The notes beneath the pieces were generated by a model. That model saw only the letters and a program-made list of their open reading frames with translations, was not told where the DNA came from and did no database searches. Positions 19,101 through 26,613 of a DNA stretch of 34,393 bases are shown here, in pieces. A program made the translations under genes and the position numbers. Every line of letters starts with the position of its first letter. The stretch's first letter is position 1. The DNA is from Muribaculaceae bacterium (GTDB lineage Bacteria; Bacteroidota; Bacteroidia; Bacteroidales; Muribaculaceae), in contig VSPW01000001.1 in assembly GCA_009775535.1 (NCBI GenBank), positions 1 through 34,393 of the forward strand, in the 5' to 3' direction.

Positions 19101-19552
19101 TGGCATATTGCCTCATCCATGGCCATAACCTGTTCTTTCCCTTCGGCTCTTCGGGGCACTCCCGCCGTAAGTCAAGGCTGTACAAGTTGGGTGGAGATAA
19201 GAAATTGACCGGGACAAAGGGATATGGCCTGCTCCGTTATGGGAGTGTGGACGTGCGTCTTGGCGGTGATGACGGTTCATTTGCAGCAACCCCTGACGGA
19301 TGGTCCAATGCTAACGACTATCGCCCTATGGCGTATACCATAGACGAGCAGCGTGGCGGTATATACTGGATGACGAATTCTGGTACGGTTACATCCGGTT
19401 CAGAGCCGAACAGGATCGCCATCGACTTCAACTACGGCAACTATATGGTGGCTGAGCTTGGTACGGATGACCTTTATCCTTATATAAGTTATCCCAACAC
19501 GGGAAGCAGGCAGTCGGAAGCCGTCCTGATAAAGCCGGTATATAAAAAATAG
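16154..19552 (+). CDS. Large type V pilus tip/adhesin lipoprotein (DUF4906-like N-terminal half plus variable C-terminal domains)
   Basis: Lipobox AVSAC, DHSR|AP, YHIYVVAN, IKRVASKVTV, LYFYEN, YRFMLG..ERNHHYKLTL; start ATG 16154 or 16148. Confidence 0.8.
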   Translation: MNTVTHNIQAALSRLFLALVLCIAVSACKDEFPLGEYGPIGDGTATVSATVSFEPFGSALDHSRAPGDAIKSIHTLYLFLYNPEEELVQMQKVADFEVNNDNNDRPDGESPYPGSGVSSAETDTPRATFDVKIPYGKYHIYVVANIDVEKEWEESQYATVEALLHQSVKWDGKNESGRGVNDQMFGYFSKDNRAEGLRSTSVVVINSPRPQIKAWIKRVASKVTVAFNSTRLRDNVYIYIKSVTIKDIPEESYIGIVNTPDPEDKDRTISSGLVDGQTFYFSKADASQTDYKANYRNWMEITNGDSIRGYRSDNAGYQHPVGIPVERRLEYEHDQNAPALYFYENVQPEGKEGTESDKRQDVSGENKEVSYPDGVDPGNDAWKDARKYGSYIEVDGYYVCQDSVQPGRGPIKYRFMLGKDTKTDYSAERNHHYKLTLTFNGYANDIDWHIDYDEEAKPGLEIPEEYYVSYMYNQGSTMPARATPKIGYKLVKLKAVIIKNEWRPHQAAENEYNSKAWRMQENKEGLYGGGELKDYKDDPECSNNCEYGFLSLRKTHTVTKVMHGGAGQQLISDLRNFYYNEYGNRLSKGMREYTDFPTEDTPKQGYTSYDKENGDYTTHLKTNKHNKEKDYVINIPLFTRAKTMDKWAVYTGANPFYNHHRYARVKYTAYYIKEGLSTSYEETPAADRYEETKYNDIYQSKRIDNPRGIWRRSNNLASFHVNLMYNVSPDEGSGFQSVESRGPWKAVIELDPDNIVRLTKGNQTAVGQGSSIVGLTDTQVDFTYTPNKATGTGATSGAIIRVYYHNNSCTHTILVRQGYGDIQFHPGGLFWSTFNVFDKNTLTKSPLSMGSMFRRHTNLDYPILEKNNKTYGFGVALAESDKLEIAGKGKVGWNDIPFIAHGSVPTDKAFGDFTIDGVKYRIPTQKEVEDEIVDNQDMNFAFGIVYGDAATGVLSDSKAYWFSDMDNDGVDDENMNHGVRGVVAYCLIHGHNLFFPFGSSGHSRRKSRLYKLGGDKKLTGTKGYGLLRYGSVDVRLGGDDGSFAATPDGWSNANDYRPMAYTIDEQRGGIYWMTNSGTVTSGSEPNRIAIDFNYGNYMVAELGTDDLYPYISYPNTGSRQSEAVLIKPVYKK

Positions 19553-19570
19553 TGTATAAATATGATATGT

Positions 19571-19616
19571 AATCCGGCAGGATTGTCCGTATTTTATTCG
19601 GATATCCTGCCGGATT
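19571..19616. terminator. Probable bidirectional terminator between pilus operon and rubrerythrin
   Basis: 13-bp stem AATCCGGCAGGAT / ATCCTGCCGGATT with further inner pairing, followed by T-rich sequence, between convergent genes. Confidence 0.8.
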
Positions 19617-19641
19617 TTAATTTGTGTATGGAGTATTAGTG

Positions 19642-20235
19642 TCAGATGTCCAAAGCCTTGTAGTGCTCACGCGGATGGTCGCATGCCGGGCATTCCTCTG
19701 GAGGCTCTGTGCCCTTGAATATGTAGCCGCACACCATGCATTCCCATTCTATGGGCTTTTCGCGTTTCCACACTGTGCCTTCTTTGACCTGTTTCAGAAG
19801 TTTATTGAACCGGTCCATATGATGCTGCTCGACCTCGGCGATTTCACGGAAATGTTCGGCGATTTCGGGGAAGCCTTCCTCTTCGGCAATCTTGGCCGAC
19901 CTCAGGTACTGGTCTACCCCTTCGGTGCGTTCCTCTTCTGCCGCAGTGGCCAGGTTTGAGGCAGTGTCGCCTATGACGCCTGCGTCTACCGTGACGGTGC
20001 ATTCCACCTGTCCGCCTTCCAGCATCTTGAAGAACACCTTGCCGTGGTGCAGCTCGTTGTCTGCCGTTTCACGGAATATCTCGCCGATAGGGAAATAGTT
20101 TTCCTTGTCTGCCTGTTTTGCGTAGTATGTATACCTGCTATAGGCGGTTGATTCACTGATGTAGGCATCTACCACATTTTTTTCCGTGCGTGTGCCCTTT
20201 ATGCTTTTCTTAGCCTCTGATTTCTTCATAGCCAT
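19642..20235 (-). CDS. rbr: Rubrerythrin
   Basis: GTRTEKN, ES.A..RY, ETADNELHH, AEEEGFPEIA, EVEQHH, rubredoxin-like WECMVCGY...CPACDHP; start ATG 20235 or 20229. Confidence 0.95.
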   Translation of the reverse strand: MAMKKSEAKKSIKGTRTEKNVVDAYISESTAYSRYTYYAKQADKENYFPIGEIFRETADNELHHGKVFFKMLEGGQVECTVTVDAGVIGDTASNLATAAEEERTEGVDQYLRSAKIAEEEGFPEIAEHFREIAEVEQHHMDRFNKLLKQVKEGTVWKREKPIEWECMVCGYIFKGTEPPEECPACDHPREHYKALDI

Positions 20236-20271
20236 ATATTTTTGGGGTTTATTGTTGGATTGTAAGTGATG

Positions 20272-20297
20272 AACACCGTATGGCCGCCGTTGGTTTA
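20272..20297 (-). promoter_or_regulatory. ECF-sigma-like promoter for rubrerythrin
   Basis: Minus strand TAAAC-N17-TGTT; no TAnnTTTG seen in this spacer. Confidence 0.45.
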
Positions 20298-20339
20298 AGG
20301 CCTTTTGAAATTTTAACCTGAGATATCGCCAGCCATAGT

Positions 20340-20365
20340 GGAACAACTATTGCCATAGAGGCGTT
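20340..20365 (+). promoter_or_regulatory. ECF-sigma-like promoter for aspD
   Basis: GGAAC-N17-CGTT. Confidence 0.5.
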
Positions 20366-20410
20366 TTAATTGGACGATTGATTAACTCCTCACAATAAAG
20401 ATAAAATATT

Positions 20411-22045
20411 ATGGATGATAAGGAAAACCGTATCGACAGTGAATTGTCGAAGCTAAGCCCGTTTGAACTTAAGAACAGGATCATCGCCCTTGCTGATGAA
20501 AGTGTCAAGAAGGATGCACATGTGATGCTCAATGCCGGTAGGGGCAATCCCAACTGGATAGCTCCTGAACCGCGTGAGGCATTCATTGCCCTCTCTTCCT
20601 TCGCCATAGGGGAATGCCGCCGTGTTATGGATCTTCCCGATGGGATTGCGGGGATCCCGGAAAAGGAAGGTATCGCCAGCCGTTTTGAGCAGTATCTCAA
20701 AGACAATGTGTCGCTTCCGGGAGTGCCGTTGTTGAAACGCGTCTACAGCTATATGCTTATGCAGCATGCCGTCGACCCTGATTCGCTTGTGCATGAGTGG
20801 GCCGAGGGTGTTACCGGCGACCAGTATCCTGTGCCGCCGCGCATACTGCAATATACCCAGATGATTGTACGCGACTATCTCGACATGGCCATGTGTGACA
20901 ACCGTCCGCCGGAGGGCGAATATGACCTTTTCGCCACAGAGGGGGGCACGGCTGGAATGTGCTATGTATTCGATTCGCTCCAGCAGAATTTCCTTCTCAA
21001 CCGCGGGGATTCGGTGGCTTTGATGGTCCCGGTGTTCACCCCGTATATCGAGATACCGCGCCTCGACCGTTTCAGCTATGACGTGCTCAACATCTGTGCA
21101 GGCTCGCTTGACAGCGACGGCATACACACCTGGCAGTACAAAGTGGAGGACATATATAAGCTGCGCGATCCGAAATATAAGGTGCTGTTTGTCACCAACC
21201 CGTCCAATCCTCCTAGCTATGCCCTTGGCAGCGACGTGATTGATGCCATAAAGGATGTGGTGCAGAATTCCAATCCAGACCTTATGATAATCACCGATGA
21301 CGTATATGGTACATTTGTCCCCGGATTCCGCAGTCTGATGGCGGAGCTGCCGCACAATACGGTCTGTGTGTATTCGTTCTCGAAATATTTCGGCGCAACC
21401 GGTTGGCGTACGGCTGTTGTCGCCCTCCATCAGGACAATGTGTTCGACAGGATGATAGCCGCGCTTCCCGACAGCCGTAAGGCCGTGTTGGAAAACCGCT
21501 ACAGTTCCCTGACTGTGGATGTGCCTGGCCTTAGGTTTATTGACCGTATGGTGGCTGACAGCCGTGATGTGGCATTGAACCATACTGCCGGACTGTCGCT
21601 TCCGCAGCAGACCCAGATGTCATTTTTTGCGGCATTTGCCTTGATTGATTCTATCGAAAATGGCGGCCGTTACCAAAAAGCCATGATAGACCTCATACAG
21701 AGACGTCTGCACGCTCTTTGGGAAAGTACGGGATTCACTTTGAAGCCTGACCCTTTGCGCGCGGGATACTATAGCGAGATCGACATGCTTGTATGGGCAA
21801 GAAAGTTCTATGGAGTAGAGTTTGTGGACTATCTTAAGGCCAACTACAATCCGCTTGACGTGGTGTTCCGTCTGGCCCGAGAATGTGGCCAGGTGGTGCT
21901 CAACGGTGGAGGGTTCGACGGGCCGAAGTGGAGCGTGCGCGTGTCGCTTGCCAATCTGGACGAGGACGCGTATGTCAAGATTGGCAAGGGCATCCGATCT
22001 TTGCTTGATTCTTATGCCGCAGAGTGGAAAGGCGGTAAGGGCTAG
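20411..22045 (+). CDS. aspD: L-aspartate 4-(beta)-decarboxylase, PLP-dependent
   Basis: LSPFELKN, MLNAGRGNPNW, DLFATEGGTAGM, NPSNPPS, TDDVYGTF, YSFSKYFGATGWR (PLP Lys), ALNHTAGLSLPQQ. Confidence 0.95.
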   Translation: MDDKENRIDSELSKLSPFELKNRIIALADESVKKDAHVMLNAGRGNPNWIAPEPREAFIALSSFAIGECRRVMDLPDGIAGIPEKEGIASRFEQYLKDNVSLPGVPLLKRVYSYMLMQHAVDPDSLVHEWAEGVTGDQYPVPPRILQYTQMIVRDYLDMAMCDNRPPEGEYDLFATEGGTAGMCYVFDSLQQNFLLNRGDSVALMVPVFTPYIEIPRLDRFSYDVLNICAGSLDSDGIHTWQYKVEDIYKLRDPKYKVLFVTNPSNPPSYALGSDVIDAIKDVVQNSNPDLMIITDDVYGTFVPGFRSLMAELPHNTVCVYSFSKYFGATGWRTAVVALHQDNVFDRMIAALPDSRKAVLENRYSSLTVDVPGLRFIDRMVADSRDVALNHTAGLSLPQQTQMSFFAAFALIDSIENGGRYQKAMIDLIQRRLHALWESTGFTLKPDPLRAGYYSEIDMLVWARKFYGVEFVDYLKANYNPLDVVFRLARECGQVVLNGGGFDGPKWSVRVSLANLDEDAYVKIGKGIRSLLDSYAAEWKGGKG

Positions 22046-24126
22046 CGGCCGGCGGCTGATGACGATTGTGTGCGGGCATCGGTGCTTATGATCTTTGAGG
22101 CGTCACGCCTTTGGCGTCCCCACGACAGGTTGTAGGAGAGATTTATGCCGAACATGTTTTCAAACGCCTTTGTCCGCAGCACCTGCCGGTTGGTGTTGTA
22201 CCTGTTGAGCACGGATGTTTCCTGACTGTAGCGGTCGAACGGCATCATCATGAATATGCCTATGTTAAGGCCATTGAGGTTATAGCTCAGCATGGCCATG
22301 TTGAAATGTTCGCCCCTGGTCTTTGTCTCGCCCCATAGGGAGGTTGGGCCATGGTCATATTGCGCCATCAGGGAGAACCCCCAATGTGTGACTGATACAT
22401 TGGCAGAGCCGTAGAATCCGCCGATGCAATGGCGGTAGCCTGTGCCGCGGGTATATTCCCTGAAGAATGAAACAGAGCCGCTTACCGTCACCCATTCCGG
22501 GATTACCTTTATTTGTGGTGACAGTGATACGGACCAGGATGTATGCCGTCCGGCATTGTCCCAGTTCAGCACCAGATGCCCGTCCTCCCATCTGCGGAAG
22601 TCCATTACTGCTGACGGCGAATGTCTCCACCGAGCCGATAGCTGAGCGTCAACGCGTGGGAGCGAGAAGTTATAGCCCCAGAACAGCTGGTAGGTGGTGT
22701 ATGGCTTCAGTTCAGGATTGCCTATCTGTATCTGGAAGCCGTCGATTTCCTGTATGGCCTCTGTGGTCTGGCTCAGTGAGGGTGCGTTGTTCCACGATGA
22801 CATCGACAGGCGCATCGAGTGGCTGTCGTTGATACGGTATCGTACCTGCAAATGTGGCCTTATGCTCCAATGCTTCTGCGGCCTGGCGTCATTGTTGGCG
22901 TCTATGCTGAAATATTCTCCCCCTACGCCTGCGGTAAGGCTTACGTGGCCAATGCGGTGCATATACTCGGCGAAAGCATAAACTTTGTCCTGGCGCTGGT
23001 GGAATATCTTGTTGTCCAGGTTGATGTATTTGCTGCGTGTGCGGCTTGCCGAATAAGATGCACCGGCTGTCAGGCGCGATGCATCCCATTCCTTGATATA
23101 GTCCGCCTCGGCAGCAAATCCGAAACTGCGGTCGCGGATATCGGTATTTATGTCCACCGATGGTGTTGTCTGGCCTTCGGGCACTTCAGTATAGAAGCGT
23201 TCCGAATGCGAGAGGTCAAGGTTGGCCGACATGTCGAGTACCAGCGTCTGTCTGCGTTCCAGATGCTGCTCGATGTAGAAATTTAGCCGGGGCGAATGGT
23301 GGATGTTGTCGTTTATGTCCTTTATGTTGATGTCACTGCTGGCATCGCTCATTGACATTACACCTTCCATTTTCATACGTGTGGGGGATTGGATCCATAA
23401 CCCTGCGCCCACATATATTATGGTCGTGTCGGGTTTTATGTAGCTGTAGCTGAATGACGGGTTTGTGTTCACTTGTGTGAACTTCCCGTCGCGCGGGCTT
23501 TCCTGGCGCAGCAGTTGGGAGCCGTCTTCAAATGTGAACTGTTCAAAATAGTCGCGGTATACGTTCATGTTGCGCCAGTTCAGCCATCCCGACAGCTCGA
23601 ACTGCGATTTCCCGTTGTTCAGCTTCAGGCTCAGGCCGGAGTTGTTGAATGATGAGAAGGGCTGCATGGTGGAGGCCATCAGCGATCCGCCCAGCATAGG
23701 GTTGCGTACAATGAAATCTATCACTGTCTCCGCGCCGCCATACCTCAGTCCCGGGTCTTGGTGGTATTCCACACGGACGATGCTTTCCGGCAGCAGCGAA
23801 CGCACCTGTTCTATGGTGGCCTGGCGTCCGTTGATGCGCACCTGAACGGCAACGCCGTTTGCGGTCACAGTACCCATAATGTCATTGACGCTCAATGATG
23901 GTATCATCATGTTGCCTAGCAGCGACAGTCCGGTAGTCGAACGTTTCCTGATATCGTTTGAAGGAGTGTATACATCGCGGTCGGCTTTGTGCACCACCAT
24001 GGCGGCCTGTACTGTCACTTCTTTGAGTTCGCCGTGCATAGCGGCGCTGTCGGCGTCCTGTGTCTGTGCCGTCAATGGAAGGCAGAGCGGGAATATTGCA
24101 GCTGTGATAATGATTTTATGTAGCAT
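22042..24126 (-). CDS. Outer-membrane beta-barrel family protein (TonB-receptor-like, OMP_b-brl_3 type)
   Basis: Signal peptide, LKEVTVQA, plug-like INGR...IVRVEYHQDPGLRYG, amphipathic strands, GNPELKP, FGINLSYNLSWG near C-terminus. Confidence 0.8.
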   Translation of the reverse strand: MLHKIIITAAIFPLCLPLTAQTQDADSAAMHGELKEVTVQAAMVVHKADRDVYTPSNDIRKRSTTGLSLLGNMMIPSLSVNDIMGTVTANGVAVQVRINGRQATIEQVRSLLPESIVRVEYHQDPGLRYGGAETVIDFIVRNPMLGGSLMASTMQPFSSFNNSGLSLKLNNGKSQFELSGWLNWRNMNVYRDYFEQFTFEDGSQLLRQESPRDGKFTQVNTNPSFSYSYIKPDTTIIYVGAGLWIQSPTRMKMEGVMSMSDASSDINIKDINDNIHHSPRLNFYIEQHLERRQTLVLDMSANLDLSHSERFYTEVPEGQTTPSVDINTDIRDRSFGFAAEADYIKEWDASRLTAGASYSASRTRSKYINLDNKIFHQRQDKVYAFAEYMHRIGHVSLTAGVGGEYFSIDANNDARPQKHWSIRPHLQVRYRINDSHSMRLSMSSWNNAPSLSQTTEAIQEIDGFQIQIGNPELKPYTTYQLFWGYNFSLPRVDAQLSARWRHSPSAVMDFRRWEDGHLVLNWDNAGRHTSWSVSLSPQIKVIPEWVTVSGSVSFFREYTRGTGYRHCIGGFYGSANVSVTHWGFSLMAQYDHGPTSLWGETKTRGEHFNMAMLSYNLNGLNIGIFMMMPFDRYSQETSVLNRYNTNRQVLRTKAFENMFGINLSYNLSWGRQRRDASKIISTDARTQSSSAAGR

Positions 24127-24147
24127 CTATATTTGATTTTTATCATA

Positions 24148-24175
24148 TAGACGTACATTTTATGTAAGCGTGACA
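24148..24175 (-). promoter_or_regulatory. ECF-sigma-like promoter for the OMP gene
   Basis: Minus strand TGTCAC-N16-CGTCTA, 21 nt upstream of ATG. Confidence 0.5.
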
Positions 24176-24216
24176 AAAAAACGCAAAAAATTAAATATGC
24201 AGAAAAAACAGATATG

Positions 24217-24789
24217 TCATCTTATGCCCGTAAGTTTGTGTGTCTGTAGCGAGAGCCGCCAGTGGGGATGCGACAGGATGTAGGCTATTGTCTGTGCGGT
24301 GTTTGATGAGCCGTCTTTGGGGTCTGTGCATGGTTGTAGGAAATAGTGGGTGGCAGGGGGCAGCGATGTTGCCACAGATTCAACGTCCTGTCCCAGGTAT
24401 ACTATTTTCATCTCGTCTATGCGGTTGATGGACAGCTGGCCGTCTTTTGGGGAGCATGCCACCCAGTCGATCCCCTCAGGTATCGGCAATGTTCCGTTTG
24501 TCTCTATCTGTATATAGAATCCGGCGTCATGCAGGGCTTCGATAAGGAAGCTGTCAAGCTGCATGAGCGGTTCGCCGCCTGTCACTATTATATGTCTTGA
24601 AGGATAGGACGTTACGGCAGATATGATCTCATCAGCCGTCATGGCAGTGTGTCCCGAGTGGTCGGTGTCGCAGAAAGGGCATTTGCGGTTGCATCCGCTC
24701 ATGCGCAGGAATACGGCCGGTGTCCCGGTATGGTAGCCTTCTCCCTGTAGGGAGTAGAATATCTCGTTTATCCGGTATGTCTTGTCCAT
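24217..24789 (-). CDS. queE: 7-carboxy-7-deazaguanine synthase (radical SAM)
   Basis: INEIFYSLQGEG, CNRKCPFCDT, TGGEP, IETNGT, LQP, WRLSLQTHK; next to queD; alternative start 24810. Confidence 0.93.
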   Translation of the reverse strand: MDKTYRINEIFYSLQGEGYHTGTPAVFLRMSGCNRKCPFCDTDHSGHTAMTADEIISAVTSYPSRHIIVTGGEPLMQLDSFLIEALHDAGFYIQIETNGTLPIPEGIDWVACSPKDGQLSINRIDEMKIVYLGQDVESVATSLPPATHYFLQPCTDPKDGSSNTAQTIAYILSHPHWRLSLQTHKLTGIR

Positions 24790-24796
24790 GGTTTGT

Positions 24797-25129
24797 TCAG
24801 TCTGCTTCATATGCGGCTATGTTGCCTTCGCTTTCCTGTACTTCCACCCTGTAGCAATTTTCCACCTGGCCGTATATCCACCTTGCGATATTCTCGGCTG
24901 TAGGGTTGAATGGCAGGATGTCGTTCAGGCAGGCATGGTCCAGCCTGCCAAGCACTGTTTCTTTTATATGTGTGAAGTCGGTGACCATGCCGTCCTTATT
25001 AAGTTCCTCGGAACGGCAATAGACGGTCACTATCCAGTTATGTCCGTGCATTGCCGTGCATTTGCTCGGGTATGACAGTTCAAGACGGTGTGATGCTGAT
25101 ATTTCAAGTCGTTTGCTTACGTAGTACAT
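24797..25129 (-). CDS. queD: 6-carboxytetrahydropterin synthase
   Basis: SASHRL, CTAMHGHNW, GMVTDF, LDHACLN, NPTAENIA. Confidence 0.94.
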   Translation of the reverse strand: MYYVSKRLEISASHRLELSYPSKCTAMHGHNWIVTVYCRSEELNKDGMVTDFTHIKETVLGRLDHACLNDILPFNPTAENIARWIYGQVENCYRVEVQESEGNIAAYEAD

Positions 25130-25142
25130 ATGGGGTGGTTGG

Positions 25143-26606
25143 TTATTCTGTAGTCTCCTGGGAAAGAGATGGCATGTCGAAAGGCGGGTTTACGGGCTCT
25201 ATGCCCATTTCTTTGCTCATCCTGTATACAAATTGTAGTGCGGAGTCGCGGTCGGGTATCTGGTCCTCGCGTTGGGCCTCAAGGAGCGCGCTTATGAACT
25301 TCCCTACGGCCGGCGATTGGGGCAGGTTGAATATGTGCATGATTTCGTCACCACGCACAAGCGGTTTGCGGTTGCGTTCAAAGTCCTTTGCCTCGACAGC
25401 CTTGAATTTTTCTTCGACAATGGCGAAATTGGCCAGAAAGCGGGCCCGCTTTTCCTCGTTGCGTGATGTGATGTCGGCTTTTGCGAGTATCATCAGGTCG
25501 TCACGGTATTCCTGTGCATAGTTTGACAGCCTCCGTACGGCGCTGTCGGTCACTTCGTCTTCTACCAGTGCGATAGGGCGCATGTGCAGGCCCACCAGGG
25601 TGCGCACGTATTTCATCTTGTCGTTAAGCGGCAGTTTCAGGTGACGGAAAATGTCAGGTATCATTTTGCTGCCGACAAAATCGTGGTTGTGGAATGTCCA
25701 GCCGAGTTTTTCGTCCCAATGTTTTGTTGCCGGTTTGCCTATGTCGTGTAGCAGTGCGGCCCACCGCAGCCACAGGTTGCCGCTGGCCTTGGCCACATTG
25801 TCGAGTACGGCCAGGGTGTGGAAAAAGTTATCCTTGTGGCCTCGGCCGTTTACCCGTGATATGCCTTCCATTGCGGCCAATTGCGGGAAAATGAGAGGCA
25901 GCAGGCCTGTCTGGCGTAGCAGCAGCCATCCTGTCGAGGGCACGGGAGATGCCATTATCTTGTTCAGCTCATCTGCGATGCGTTCACGGGATATTATCCC
26001 GATACGGGACGCATTGCGGGTTATCGCATCAAGGGTCTCGGGATAGATGTCGAATCCCAGCTGGGTGGCGAACCGGATTGCGCGCATCATCCGTAGCGGG
26101 TCGTCGCTGAATGTTATGTCTGGGTCTAGCGGCGTGCGTATGATGCGCCTGGAGATGTCGCCTAAGCCGTCGTAACGGTCAACTAGTTCGCCGAAGCGCC
26201 CGGCGTTTACGCATATTGCCATTGCGTTTATGGTGAAGTCTCGGCGCGCCAGGTCGTCATCAAGTGTCCCGTCCTCCACGACCGGTTTCCGCGACTGCCG
26301 GTCATAGCTTTCACGGCGTGCGCCGACGAATTCCAGTTCGTCATCGCCACAGTGGATCTGTGCCGTCCCGAAGTTGCGGTATACGGCAAGATGGCTCTTG
26401 TTGCCCAGACGTGCGGCAACGGCCTGGGCTACTTCTATCCCTGCGCCTATGGTCACGAAATCGATGTCCTTGCTGTGGCGGTGTATTATCAGGTCGCGCA
26501 CATATCCGCCTACGACATAGCATTCCCGGCCCATGCTGTCGGCCACTTCGCCTACCAGATGGAATACCCGAGAGTCAATCAGGGATGAATATTCGGTTGC
26601 CTGCAT
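25143..26606 (-). CDS. cca: CCA-adding tRNA nucleotidyltransferase with HD domain
   Basis: VGGYVRD, DIDF, DDLARRDFTINA, FSDDPLRMMRAIRF, ERIADEL, ALLHDIGK. Confidence 0.9.
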   Translation of the reverse strand: MQATEYSSLIDSRVFHLVGEVADSMGRECYVVGGYVRDLIIHRHSKDIDFVTIGAGIEVAQAVAARLGNKSHLAVYRNFGTAQIHCGDDELEFVGARRESYDRQSRKPVVEDGTLDDDLARRDFTINAMAICVNAGRFGELVDRYDGLGDISRRIIRTPLDPDITFSDDPLRMMRAIRFATQLGFDIYPETLDAITRNASRIGIISRERIADELNKIMASPVPSTGWLLLRQTGLLPLIFPQLAAMEGISRVNGRGHKDNFFHTLAVLDNVAKASGNLWLRWAALLHDIGKPATKHWDEKLGWTFHNHDFVGSKMIPDIFRHLKLPLNDKMKYVRTLVGLHMRPIALVEDEVTDSAVRRLSNYAQEYRDDLMILAKADITSRNEEKRARFLANFAIVEEKFKAVEAKDFERNRKPLVRGDEIMHIFNLPQSPAVGKFISALLEAQREDQIPDRDSALQFVYRMSKEMGIEPVNPPFDMPSLSQETTE

Positions 26607-26613
26607 AGTCTAT

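Noticed and set aside
20236..20346. N-terminal extension of rubrerythrin
   Set aside because: It spans the divergent promoter region; family similarity begins at MAMKK...SIKGT.
24217..25142. preQ1 riboswitch, or a 7-deazaguanine DNA-modification (dpd) island around queD/queE
   Set aside because: Only 13 nt separate cca from queD, no riboswitch motif is visible and no dpdA/tgt-like gene is present; ordinary queuosine synthesis is the simpler reading.
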